A stretch of DNA of 64,000 nt, from positions 1 through 64,000 of the IMG/VR virus record IMGVR_UViG_3300033146_003848; one strand, 5' to 3'. The DNA is from a virus. Below the pieces are notes generated by a model that ran no database searches, was not told the origin of the DNA, and saw only the letters and a program-made list of their open reading frames with translations. Of this stretch, positions 9,514 to 19,505 are shown piece by piece. The position numbers and the translations under genes are program-made. Every line of letters begins with the position of its first letter. Position 1 is the first letter of the stretch.

Positions 9514-10179
9514 ATGCATCCATTTGAATTTTATAAATTATTCTTAAATGTAAAAACTCATTTTAAAGGATTAAATTTCATTTATGGTGAAAATACACTT
9601 TCAAATGTTAAAGTGTCCTCATTTGAAAATAACACTTATTATACATCCTTTTTGAAAGTTCAAAAGAAACTAAAAGATCCTTTAGAGGTTTTTGTTTCTA
9701 ATTTATTAAAAAAACCTGAATTATCTATTCCACAATTCCTTTCATATGATGTTCAACGAGAGCATAAAGATTGGCTAGGTAGAATTAAAAATATAGATAA
9801 ACTTCTCATTCAAGATTTAGAAGAAATAATATTCCCAGACATTAAAAACTTTAAGGAGTTAAAAATAAAATTATTTTCTGAACCTGTTAGAGATAAAGTA
9901 ACAAAAACAAATGATATGTTTTCCATTATAGATGATGGATTTCATACAGAAGAACCATTCATTTTAGATGAATGGATTCAAGATTGTTATCCTGAAACAA
10001 TTACCGTTTTAGATGAAATATTTTTTCAAAAATATGGAATATCGTTTCTTAAAAAAATAGCCAAGCCTAAATTTAAACCACATGAACATTTCATTCGTCT
10101 TCATAAGTATAGATTCTTTTTGGATTGGGATAATATTTTAGATTATTCTGTGATTAATAAGATAATGAAGGATATATAA
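9514..10179 (+). CDS. gp59-like helicase loader
   Basis: N-terminal YKLFLNVKTHF, VSNLL, PETITVLD; follows gp33 as in T4. Confidence 0.7.
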   Translation: MHPFEFYKLFLNVKTHFKGLNFIYGENTLSNVKVSSFENNTYYTSFLKVQKKLKDPLEVFVSNLLKKPELSIPQFLSYDVQREHKDWLGRIKNIDKLLIQDLEEIIFPDIKNFKELKIKLFSEPVRDKVTKTNDMFSIIDDGFHTEEPFILDEWIQDCYPETITVLDEIFFQKYGISFLKKIAKPKFKPHEHFIRLHKYRFFLDWDNILDYSVINKIMKDI

Positions 10180-10228
10180 AAATGATAAATAAAAAGAGTT
10201 ATTATTTAAATGAAAATGGAGAATTAAT

Positions 10229-10945
10229 ATGGAAATAACAAAAAAGTTCTTATTGGAAGAACGACAACCAGAGAGTTCAAATATATCATATGATGTGAAA
10301 AAAAAGGGAACTAAAGGGAACTTAGAGATTATAGCGAATGTGTCTAATCAGAAGTCATCTCAAATAACTAAGGTTGTTCGTCAATTTGCTTTAATTGATG
10401 CTGAATATAAATCCGTGAAGAAGATGCGAGAAACTTTGGCAGCAAAAGTGGTATCAACATTCGATGGAGTTTTTGATGAAGCAGATAAACTTTATAGTAG
10501 AGTTATCGTAACAGCATCATATACTGCTAAAGTAGCAAAGCAACAGGAATTGAAAGAGAAACCTATTATGGATATGGATGGATTCTTAAAAAAAATTGCT
10601 GAAAATTCAGACTTCTCATTGGAAGCATTACTAGCACTAAAGGAACAATTTACTAAGTTGCCATCAGAAATAACAGGAATTCCACATGAGAAAACTATTA
10701 AAAAGCCTAGAATTACCACTTACAAAACTGAAAATCTCAAAATTAATGAGAATGCTTTTGATTCAATGAAGAATTCCGTTAAACTATTTTTAGATAAAAC
10801 AGTTCAAGTTTTTCAGAACATGTTTATTAAAAAGATAGATGTGAATTTGAAAGAAATGGCAAATATGATGAAGAATGCAGGAATTACTGTGGATATAAAT
10901 CAAGAAATGCGAACTGCTGAATTGGAAGCATCAAAGGTCAAATAA
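10229..10945 (+). CDS. Hypothetical late protein (possible head-internal protein)
   Basis: GATAAATA box at 10184-10191; N-terminus MEITKKFLLEE. Confidence 0.6.
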   Translation: MEITKKFLLEERQPESSNISYDVKKKGTKGNLEIIANVSNQKSSQITKVVRQFALIDAEYKSVKKMRETLAAKVVSTFDGVFDEADKLYSRVIVTASYTAKVAKQQELKEKPIMDMDGFLKKIAENSDFSLEALLALKEQFTKLPSEITGIPHEKTIKKPRITTYKTENLKINENAFDSMKNSVKLFLDKTVQVFQNMFIKKIDVNLKEMANMMKNAGITVDINQEMRTAELEASKVK

Positions 10946-11008
10946 ATCATTTAAAATACCCATAAAAAGATATATTATACTGATATTAATTTATTTTAGA
11001 GGTATAAT

Positions 11009-12754
11009 ATGGATTTATTAAGCGTTCGATTTAAAAATCTAGGATCATATGGTAACAAATTCACGGAAGTTAATTTTGATCCAACTAAATCCGAAATAAT
11101 TGGGATATTAGGACAAAATGGAGCCGGCAAGAGTACAATATTAGCCGCAGTTTTCTTTGGATTTTATGGAAAATCATTTACAGGAATTAATAAACCAAAA
11201 ATGGTCAATAGAATTAATAAAGAAGAACTAGAGGTTTGGATAAAATTTAAACATAAAGGTCACATTTATGAGATTGGGCGAGGGGTTGCTCCATCATTTA
11301 TAAAGATATTAAAAGATGATGATGAAATGATATTAGATTCTAATATGTCAAACATTCAAAAATTCATTGAGACTAATATTATAGAAATGAATGAGTTATT
11401 GTTTAGACAAATGTTTATGATAGGTTTAGGTAACTTTAAGTCATTTTTTAGATTACCGATGGGCCAACGTCGTGAGATTTTTGAGAAAATAGTTGGATTA
11501 AATATATTATCGTCGATGAAAAAGAAAGTTTCATTGAAAGAAAAGAAATTAAAAGAGAGTATTATACAAATAGAATTGAGTTTGAATAATTTGGAAGATA
11601 AAAAGAATATATATAATCAGCAAATTGCAAAAACAAAGCGAATATTGAAATATGATCCGAAGATTCGAGATGAGCATATCATTAATAAGAATGAATACAT
11701 TAAACTTTTGGAGACATTGATAGTTGATTTAGAAGAACTTCAAAAATTGAAAAGTGATATTAAATCATTTGATGAGCAAAAGCGAGATATAAAATCTAAA
11801 GTTCGAGAATGGGAATTAACTCAGAAGGAGCATCAAACCAAGAATAAGGAATTGAAAAAAACAAAAACATTCTTTGAAAAGTATGATGTTTGTCCTGTTT
11901 GCACTCAACAAATTGATTCATCATTTAAAGATAGTAAAATTCTAGAATATGAAACTTCAATTCAAGAAAATGATTCTGAAATTCAAGAAATTAGAGAAAA
12001 GATTAAATCTGAAACTCAAATTGAGTCACTATTGACAACTAAAATTAAACAGACAGATGAAATGATCAATGATATTAAATCCATTGCATCTAAGCGTGAT
12101 AATATTGAGTATAAAATTTCCACACTAACTAGTAGCATTGATGCTGAAGAGAAAAAGGAAACTACTGCAAAGGAAGTATCTAAAGATGCGATTCAAGAGA
12201 TTTTAGATAAAATAAAAGATATTGATGATGAAGTTTTGTCGCTATTGAAAGATATTAAAGATCTCAATATGAATTTAAAGATAAACGATAAAATGTCATT
12301 CGTATTATCAGACGACGGGTTTCCAAAATATCTATATCATAATTTTTTACCGTTACTGAATAAATATGTTACTGAAAATCTAAAGTTTTTTGATTTCCCA
12401 ATGAACTTCTATTTAGATGCTAATTTGAATGAGCATTTCTTTGAGCAAATGGGAGACACTATCTCATTCCAAAGTCTATCGAATGGTGAAAAACAAATTT
12501 CAGAACTTTCATTTATATTCGCTTTAACTAAATTTTTAGAGGAGATTTATAATTTTAAAATGTCTATTGCTTTTTATGATGAATTGCTAGATAGTTCTTT
12601 AGATTCAAATCGATTATATTACATTATCGATTATCTCAAGACGTTGAATAAGAATATTGTTATAATTTCTCATAATCCAAGTATGAATGAGAGTTTCGAT
12701 AGATTAATGAAAGTGGAAAAAGTGAACCGATTTTCTGAGTTAACCACGATATAA
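11009..12754 (+). CDS. gp46-like recombination ATPase subunit (Rad50/SbcC)
   Basis: Walker A GQNGAGKST, coiled coils, CPVC zinc hook, LSNGE signature, FYDE Walker B, ISH. Confidence 0.93.
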   Translation: MDLLSVRFKNLGSYGNKFTEVNFDPTKSEIIGILGQNGAGKSTILAAVFFGFYGKSFTGINKPKMVNRINKEELEVWIKFKHKGHIYEIGRGVAPSFIKILKDDDEMILDSNMSNIQKFIETNIIEMNELLFRQMFMIGLGNFKSFFRLPMGQRREIFEKIVGLNILSSMKKKVSLKEKKLKESIIQIELSLNNLEDKKNIYNQQIAKTKRILKYDPKIRDEHIINKNEYIKLLETLIVDLEELQKLKSDIKSFDEQKRDIKSKVREWELTQKEHQTKNKELKKTKTFFEKYDVCPVCTQQIDSSFKDSKILEYETSIQENDSEIQEIREKIKSETQIESLLTTKIKQTDEMINDIKSIASKRDNIEYKISTLTSSIDAEEKKETTAKEVSKDAIQEILDKIKDIDDEVLSLLKDIKDLNMNLKINDKMSFVLSDDGFPKYLYHNFLPLLNKYVTENLKFFDFPMNFYLDANLNEHFFEQMGDTISFQSLSNGEKQISELSFIFALTKFLEEIYNFKMSIAFYDELLDSSLDSNRLYYIIDYLKTLNKNIVIISHNPSMNESFDRLMKVEKVNRFSELTTI

Positions 12755-12781
12755 TTTAGGATATTAAAATTTCAATAATAT

Positions 12782-12810
12782 TTGACAAATTATCACATAA
12801 GTGATATATT
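12782..12810 (+). promoter_or_regulatory. sigma70-type promoter
   Basis: TTGACA-N17-TATATT with TG extension. Confidence 0.75.
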
Positions 12811-12835
12811 GTTTGTGAGATGAATTGAAATTAAA

Positions 12836-14698
12836 ATGAGGATATTAATGAAAAGTGCAATAGTAAAATTATTAAATGAAAAGGAGCATCTTCATGAACG
12901 GAAAGAGTTGTATATTGGCTCCTGTCGAACTGAGAATCGGGATATGTGGATTTTAGATGATAATGTTTTAAAATTCCAGTCGATTGCATATAATGAAGGA
13001 TACTTTAAACTCATCAATGAAATTATTGATAACTCCATCGATGAGTTTGTTAAGACACAAGGAAAATTTGGAAATATTATCTCAATAGATATGCTTCCCA
13101 ATCGAACCTTGCGTGTTTCAGATAACGGAAGAGGAATATCATCAGATATTGATGAATCTACTGGGAAGACTCAGGTAGAGTTAGCATTATGTAATTTGAA
13201 AGCCGGAAGTAATTGGGGCTCAGAAAAGACTACTCAAATCGGTGCAAATGGGATAGGAGCATCTGCGGTTAATTATTTTTCTAATCGATTCGATGTGGAT
13301 ACTTGGGATGGAAAAATGAAAACTGAATTGCGATGTAGTGATGAATGTGGAAAGATTAAGATTTCACATAAGAGAAATAAAATGAAACGAGGTACTACAG
13401 TCACGTTCCAAATAAATAGTAATCATTTTTCTGATATTGACCAGTTGACAGATGACTTATTGGAGAATATGTGTCGTAAGAGAGTTATTGAGTTAGCAAC
13501 ATCATTCCCAAACATTTTATTTACATTTAACGGTAATAGAATGTTTAAGCCTTTATGGGATTTCCTACCTTCTATGGGAAAAGTGTATAAATTCAATAAC
13601 ATACAAGTTGGAATATTTTTCAAAGATGATGCTGAGGTTATGGATCTATCCTATGTTAATGGAATTAACACATATAAAGGGGGGTCGCATATTAAATATG
13701 TGAAGAAACATATTAATGAATTGATTCGCAACAACTTAGAAAAAAAGAGTAAGGTAAAAGTTACAAATGTATTTCTAAATTCACATTTAATGTTTGTCGT
13801 TTTTGTGGACAAATTCAATAATGCTGAGTTTAATACCCAGAATAAGACTGAATTGATTAATACTGAAAAGGAAGTTAGAGAGGTATTAAATCGCAAAGAA
13901 GTTTTCGAACTAATTTCATCTAAATTTTATAAGGAATATCAAAAAACATTTAAAGAACTGATAGATAAGTTGAAAAATAATCATATTGAAAAGTTAGTTA
14001 ATGATAATAGTAAAACTAAATCTCGAAAATCTAGTATTCCTAATTTCATAGATGCTAATGATAAAAATCGAAAGGATACCATTCTTTATTTAGTTGAGGG
14101 ATTATCTGCAAAGGGGCATTTCGATGTAGTTAGAGATGTAGATAAACATGGTCTATTTCCATTACGAGGAAAGATCATTAATTCGTATAAAAATACGACT
14201 GCTAAAATTTTAAAAAATGAAGAATTGAAAAATATAATGAATATTTTAGATTTGAAGATAGGAGTTAAGCCTGATACATTATATTTTGATAAAATTGGGA
14301 TAATGGCAGATGCAGATGTTGATGGTGATCATATTGGAATTATGATGATGTTATTTTTCTATCAATATTTCCCTTCATTATTCAATGAGCATAAGATATT
14401 GAAGATTTTATCTCCAATAGTTATTGCCAAAAAGAAGAAAACTATTAAGAATTTTTACAAATATGAGGACTATGTGAGTCAGCAAACTAAGTATAATTCG
14501 GAAAATGGATGGAAAATCTCATTTAATAAAGGACTAGGTGGCTTAGAGCGAGATGAGTATGAAACCATGTTGAATGATATGAAGTATGAAATTATAACTT
14601 TAGATGATATCGAAGAGGCAAAGAATATTGTAGAGTTGTGTTTTGGAAAAGACACATTGGTTCGTCAACAATGGTTACAAGGAGATGAAGTGATATGA
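12836..14698 (+). CDS. DNA topoisomerase II large subunit (fused gp39+gp60; GHKL + TOPRIM)
   Basis: EIIDNSIDE, DNGRGI, GANGIG, EGLSA, PLRGK, DADVDG, KGLG. Confidence 0.95.
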   Translation: MRILMKSAIVKLLNEKEHLHERKELYIGSCRTENRDMWILDDNVLKFQSIAYNEGYFKLINEIIDNSIDEFVKTQGKFGNIISIDMLPNRTLRVSDNGRGISSDIDESTGKTQVELALCNLKAGSNWGSEKTTQIGANGIGASAVNYFSNRFDVDTWDGKMKTELRCSDECGKIKISHKRNKMKRGTTVTFQINSNHFSDIDQLTDDLLENMCRKRVIELATSFPNILFTFNGNRMFKPLWDFLPSMGKVYKFNNIQVGIFFKDDAEVMDLSYVNGINTYKGGSHIKYVKKHINELIRNNLEKKSKVKVTNVFLNSHLMFVVFVDKFNNAEFNTQNKTELINTEKEVREVLNRKEVFELISSKFYKEYQKTFKELIDKLKNNHIEKLVNDNSKTKSRKSSIPNFIDANDKNRKDTILYLVEGLSAKGHFDVVRDVDKHGLFPLRGKIINSYKNTTAKILKNEELKNIMNILDLKIGVKPDTLYFDKIGIMADADVDGDHIGIMMMLFFYQYFPSLFNEHKILKILSPIVIAKKKKTIKNFYKYEDYVSQQTKYNSENGWKISFNKGLGGLERDEYETMLNDMKYEIITLDDIEEAKNIVELCFGKDTLVRQQWLQGDEVI

Positions 14699-14978
14699 AA
14701 GAATTTAAATCTAAATTAGGGATATCAAGAGAGATATTTACAACAATTGATGTTACAATATGACTGATATTGAGAGATTGGAATTAAACACTTGAGAGAA
14801 CTACAATTCATTCGAAACAATCGAAGATTTGAAACCTCGCTTGAGGAAATCATTAAAAGTGTGTCGTATTTCGTTGTCGCAATATGTGATGCATTATTGA
14901 TATTTTTGAATATGCAACTTAGGATAAATAAAATTGATAAAATAACTTTTATATGATATATTATATTAGTAATGTTTA

Positions 14979-15269
14979 TTGTGTGTTTTGGAGAATAAAA
15001 TGGTTAGTAAGAACAAGAAAGTGATTGCAGAGAAACGAATTGGAAATTATCAAGTGACTCAACTTCAAGATACATATGAAGTGAAGATTATTGAAGATGA
15101 TAATGTTAGTCCGAGACGTATATTTAACAAAAGTGATGTGTTGGATGCTGGGTTTTTTGATGAATCAGAGAAGATATTTACTGATAAACTAGCAGAGAAA
15201 CGTCCCCCATCTAGAAAGCAGTTGAGAGATTTGAAACGTCAATTGAAAATGTTTAAGAAGAAAAAGTAG
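14979..15269 (+). CDS. Hypothetical protein (likely start MVSKN at 15000)
   Basis: GGAG RBS; TGATATATT box upstream. Confidence 0.6.
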   Translation: MCVLENKMVSKNKKVIAEKRIGNYQVTQLQDTYEVKIIEDDNVSPRRIFNKSDVLDAGFFDESEKIFTDKLAEKRPPSRKQLRDLKRQLKMFKKKK

Positions 15270-15319
15270 AGTTATTAGAGTTTATAGTGATTATTGATTA
15301 GTTATTAGAGGAGAAAATT

Positions 15320-16045
15320 ATGTCAGATGTATTTAAAATGTCCAAAGAGACAGTTGAAAGATTGAAAGTGATTGCAGGTATCACTGATGGGGCGGTCATA
15401 TCTAGAGATATGTTCATTAAAAATGGAGAGGAAAGTTCTATAACATATAAGAAGTCATTAAAGGATATTCCCGATGATTTTGATTTTAATGTGTTGAATA
15501 TAATTTCATTCCTAAACATTTGTGGTTCATTTGAAGAGACTGAGATTGATTATTCGAAATATTCCGAGAAATATCGAGCAATTGAGATTAGAAATGCTAG
15601 AAATCATAAAGAGTATTATGTTTTTATTGAAACTGAAGATTCAACTATCGAAAAACTTGAATGTATGTTGCCATTTGAGAAGAATATTGTGTTGCCAGGT
15701 GACTGTTTCAATGAGTATGAATTGAGTCCAGAGGACATTAAGACTTTAATTAAGGGTGGAAACTTAGTTGGAGCAGATGTTATTCTATTTAAAGTTATTA
15801 ATGATGTTCTTACTATTGAAGTTTGCGATAGTGAAGCCTCAAATTCAAATAAATTTAAAATTGAGAAGGCTGATGCAGACATTGCTCACACTGAGACTAT
15901 GTCTATGACCTTTTCACACTTTACTAAATTAGATAAAGAGTTTACATATAAAGTGAAATATAATGATGGTGATACTCCGTATATGGAATTCTTAAATGAC
16001 ACAGAAGGTCTTCAAATGACACTTGGATGTAAAAATATAAGATAA
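15320..16045 (+). CDS. gp45-like sliding clamp
   Basis: N-terminal KMSKETVERLK; about 240 aa; two-lobed pattern (ELSPEDIK..); in the replication cluster. Confidence 0.65.
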   Translation: MSDVFKMSKETVERLKVIAGITDGAVISRDMFIKNGEESSITYKKSLKDIPDDFDFNVLNIISFLNICGSFEETEIDYSKYSEKYRAIEIRNARNHKEYYVFIETEDSTIEKLECMLPFEKNIVLPGDCFNEYELSPEDIKTLIKGGNLVGADVILFKVINDVLTIEVCDSEASNSNKFKIEKADADIAHTETMSMTFSHFTKLDKEFTYKVKYNDGDTPYMEFLNDTEGLQMTLGCKNIR

Positions 16046-16085
16046 TGGGTATAAATTACTCCACAAATGAATATAGAGGAATATT

Positions 16086-16373
16086 ATGGAAATGAAGTTT
16101 CAGGAAGGAGATATTCTTATTCGCTTGAATAAGAATGGGACAGTGTCGATTGAAAGTGAGATGAATTTTAGTGATGAATTACATATGATTATTGATAGTG
16201 CATTTGATGATGTTCGAGTGCTTGAGCAAAGTGATGTGATTTCTCATATTACAGCAATGTCAAGACTTCAAGATGTTTTTTATAATCGAGGATTTGATAT
16301 CATTAGTGGCTCACGTTCTCACTATTCTAATGAATTCTATATGAGATATGTTCCAGAATGCGAGGACGAGTAA
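16086..16373 (+). CDS. Hypothetical protein
   Basis: GAGG RBS; ORF. Confidence 0.6.
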   Translation: MEMKFQEGDILIRLNKNGTVSIESEMNFSDELHMIIDSAFDDVRVLEQSDVISHITAMSRLQDVFYNRGFDIISGSRSHYSNEFYMRYVPECEDE

Positions 16374-16660
16374 TGATGGAGTTATCTGATTCAGATAGAA
16401 TTAAGGTATTTCAAATATTTCATCAATTTTTACAGAATGAATATGTGTTCTATAAAGGATTAGGGAATTATAGTCTCTTATGGAGAAAAAAAATTAAGCC
16501 TATATTCGAAGTATGGTTAAATCAGGATTGGTCAAGATTTAATCAGATGAAAATTGATCGAGTGATGAACTTTTATCGAAATGAGTTGGGCATAAAATTA
16601 GTCATTCATAATGACGGAATTAAGTTTGAAATTTTAAAATTTTTAGTAGAGGAGAATTAA
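16358..16660 (+). CDS. Hypothetical protein
   Basis: Coupled ORF. Confidence 0.55.
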   Translation: MRGRVMMELSDSDRIKVFQIFHQFLQNEYVFYKGLGNYSLLWRKKIKPIFEVWLNQDWSRFNQMKIDRVMNFYRNELGIKLVIHNDGIKFEILKFLVEEN

Positions 16661-17320
16661 ATGAAATTAATTATATTGGAAGGTCCCGATAATGTGGGTA
16701 AAACGTACCTATCAAAGGTATTTACTAATTTTCTGAAGAAGTTTACTTCATATAAAGTTAGAAGTATTCATTTCCCATCCGAAGATTTATGTGCAAGTAA
16801 AGAGTTTCAAGCCTTATTGAAACCTCATACTGGTATTAAGATTGAAAAGAAGTTTATTGATATATTAATAAAAGAGGAACAACGAGCCTTGAATAAGGCA
16901 AAAAGTGACGGAGTAAACATCTTCGTTATAGATAGAATGATGTTGTCTAGCATGGCATATCAAGGCAAGAAAAGTCCTAAAATGATGGAATATATTCTTA
17001 GACGGTATGGTCAATTATTCATAGATTGCGACATTAGAGTATCAGACATTTCGCATCACATATTAATGACCGAAATGGGAAAAGAAAATGATGTTAGTAA
17101 TGTCACAAAGAGAGAATTTGATGAGAAGAATATTGAATTTCGTAACTCATATAAGGAAATTCTATATCGAATCAGTGTGAATTCTATTCGAAGTTCGTTT
17201 TTAGAAAACACATATGTTTATGATTTTGATAGAATAATTGCAAATGATGTAGTTTCAGAGTTCGAAAAGGAGATCATAACGATTAAAATGATTCAAGACT
17301 TAATGAAGTTTATAAAATAA
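16661..17320 (+). CDS. Thymidylate / dNMP kinase-like protein
   Basis: IILEGPDNVGKT P-loop, HFP, IDRMMLSSMAYQ. Confidence 0.8.
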   Translation: MKLIILEGPDNVGKTYLSKVFTNFLKKFTSYKVRSIHFPSEDLCASKEFQALLKPHTGIKIEKKFIDILIKEEQRALNKAKSDGVNIFVIDRMMLSSMAYQGKKSPKMMEYILRRYGQLFIDCDIRVSDISHHILMTEMGKENDVSNVTKREFDEKNIEFRNSYKEILYRISVNSIRSSFLENTYVYDFDRIIANDVVSEFEKEIITIKMIQDLMKFIK

Positions 17321-17354
17321 TTCATTATCAGTGATACTTGGATAAAAAATGGCT

Positions 17355-17392
17355 TTTGATCGTTGAGCCAGTCTGACAAATCAACGATCAAA
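17355..17392. other. 12-bp perfect inverted repeat (hairpin) between the kinase and polB
   Basis: TTTGATCGTTGA-N14-TCAACGATCAAA. Confidence 0.65.
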
Positions 17393-17501
17393 TTCGGTCA
17401 TTTAAATTCACGAACTTCTAGTAATATTGATATATTATATTGATAGTTGAGATAGTTTCTCTTCATATCTACTGTTTTTTAATATTTTTAGGAGGTTAAA
17501 A

Positions 17502-19460
17502 ATGTACATTAAGAATTTTATGTATACAGATGTTTCTCAAAGAGGAAGTAATTTGTATATCTCAGGTTACAATTTAGTAACTAATCAAAAGGAAATTGTG
17601 AAAACGAATAGTATACCAAATCTATCGTTGTATCATGCAAACGCTAATGCGAAAAAAGTGAAATTTTCGTATCCAAACGGTGTCCCAGTAGTTGAAAGTA
17701 AATTTAAATCTATATATGATTATAAAGAATATATTTCAGACTATAAAAATGTCCATGGTATGGAAATCTATGGTGATTATAATTTGCCAATGAAATGGAT
17801 AAATGAGAACTATGCGGGCAAAGTGCCCTTCGAAATCAATAGAATTAATATTGGAGTAATTGATATTGAGAATTTGATCATAGAAGGTCTAAAGATCAAC
17901 CAATCGATCAAAGTTGCAGGTGGAAAAGTAACAGCAGTTACATTATATACATCTAAAAGTGATAAGTATTATGTATTTGCTGATAGTGAGGATTTTGATA
18001 GATCTCTTTTCGAAAAAGATAAAGATTTCGATAAGATTGAATTTAGAATATCCGAAGATGAAATTGAAATGCTTCTCGACTTAGCGACAGTTATGTGCAT
18101 CGAGGAGAAGATAGATGTAATCACAGGTTGGAATTCTCGGAGTTACGATCTCGCATATTTATTCAATAGAATTGAGAGATTAGCGGAGGAAAGACGTTCT
18201 GAATATCCATCATTAAGTGCAAACATTTTATCTCCAATAAAAAGTGCATATAAGACTAAAAAAGATGAAGTCGTTCTTGGAGGAATTCAAATCTTAGATT
18301 ATATGGAATTATATTTCAAATATGTTTATAAGAAATTAGCATCGTATAAATTGAACTTTGTGGGTAACTATGAGGTCGGAACTGAAAAGATTGATTATGA
18401 TGGATCTTTGAATGAATTATATGAGAAAGATTATGGTAAATATCTTTATTACAATTTCCATGATGTTAGAATTGTCAAGATGATGGAAGATAAATTGAAC
18501 TTCATTCTTCTACAAATCCAAATATCATATGAAGCGAAACAGAATTTCGATGATACATTTAGTCCAGTTAGAACTTGGGAATCATTAGTTTATTCTGAAT
18601 GTGTGAAACGAAATCTAGTATTAGAACCTAAAAAACATCATCAGAAAGTAGATTATCCAGGAGCATATGTTGAAAAGCCTACTCCAGGATTTAGAAAGGA
18701 TGTTGTGAGTTTCGATTTAAACTCTCTATATCCACATTTAGAGATGGGAGATATAATATCACCAGAGACCATTCTATCAGATTCATATTTATTTGAAAGA
18801 TTTGGAGACATAGAAGCATTTCAAGTAATTATGCAACTAAAAGAGAATGTGAAATATTCTCACGATATCATTGAGCATGATAAAATAATAGATATGCTTA
18901 TCAATAGAGAACTTGACTTATCGTTTCTTGCTAATACAGATGTTTGTTTGTCTGCATCATTGGAGTTCTTTAGAAAAGATCCCAATGCAATCATGCCAAT
19001 GTTTATGGATAAATTCTACACTGAACGTGGAATGTACAAAAAATTAGCCAAAAAGTTTAAACTTGAATTGGAAACGTTAGTAAAAGGAAGTCCTGAATTC
19101 ATTAAATGTGCCGCAGAAGGAAAAAAGAATGATTTGATGCAGTTAGCCTATAAAATTCTTATTAATTCTCAGTATGGGGCTCTTGGCAATGTATGGTTTC
19201 GTTTTTATGATATTAGATTGGCAAAAGCAATTACAATTGCAGGACGATTAGCAATCAAATCTATAATGAAGACTATGAATGATGAATTGAATAATATGTT
19301 GAATGTAATTGAGAATAAGGAATTGACATTTAATTTAACATTAAATGGAGTTGTTCATGAAGTGCGAGCATCAGATGATATTACGATTAATCGTGATGAT
19401 GAAGTAATTGAAGTTCAAATTAAGGATCTTTGCTTCACTGATGAGATAATTGCATTATGA
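17502..19460 (+). CDS. polB: Family-B DNA polymerase (gp43), N-terminal subunit: exonuclease, motif A, fingers/motif B
   Basis: DIE, GWNS..YD, YNFHD exonuclease motifs; SFDLNSLYP; KILINSQYG; ends in a Hint-like tail. Confidence 0.95.
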   Translation: MYIKNFMYTDVSQRGSNLYISGYNLVTNQKEIVKTNSIPNLSLYHANANAKKVKFSYPNGVPVVESKFKSIYDYKEYISDYKNVHGMEIYGDYNLPMKWINENYAGKVPFEINRINIGVIDIENLIIEGLKINQSIKVAGGKVTAVTLYTSKSDKYYVFADSEDFDRSLFEKDKDFDKIEFRISEDEIEMLLDLATVMCIEEKIDVITGWNSRSYDLAYLFNRIERLAEERRSEYPSLSANILSPIKSAYKTKKDEVVLGGIQILDYMELYFKYVYKKLASYKLNFVGNYEVGTEKIDYDGSLNELYEKDYGKYLYYNFHDVRIVKMMEDKLNFILLQIQISYEAKQNFDDTFSPVRTWESLVYSECVKRNLVLEPKKHHQKVDYPGAYVEKPTPGFRKDVVSFDLNSLYPHLEMGDIISPETILSDSYLFERFGDIEAFQVIMQLKENVKYSHDIIEHDKIIDMLINRELDLSFLANTDVCLSASLEFFRKDPNAIMPMFMDKFYTERGMYKKLAKKFKLELETLVKGSPEFIKCAAEGKKNDLMQLAYKILINSQYGALGNVWFRFYDIRLAKAITIAGRLAIKSIMKTMNDELNNMLNVIENKELTFNLTLNGVVHEVRASDDITINRDDEVIEVQIKDLCFTDEIIAL

Positions 19461-19505
19461 TGAGAAGTTACATTTTAACCGAGATAATTAATATGGAGAA
19501 GAAAT

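Noticed and set aside
12836-14698. T4 gene 60-type coding gap or homing endonuclease in the topoisomerase
   Set aside because: The ORF is continuous from the GHKL domain through TOPRIM.
19461-19505. Ribosomal bypass or stop readthrough joining the two polB ORFs (they are in the same frame)
   Set aside because: The gap holds three further in-frame stops of mixed type, I see no take-off hairpin, and the second ORF has its own strong RBS.
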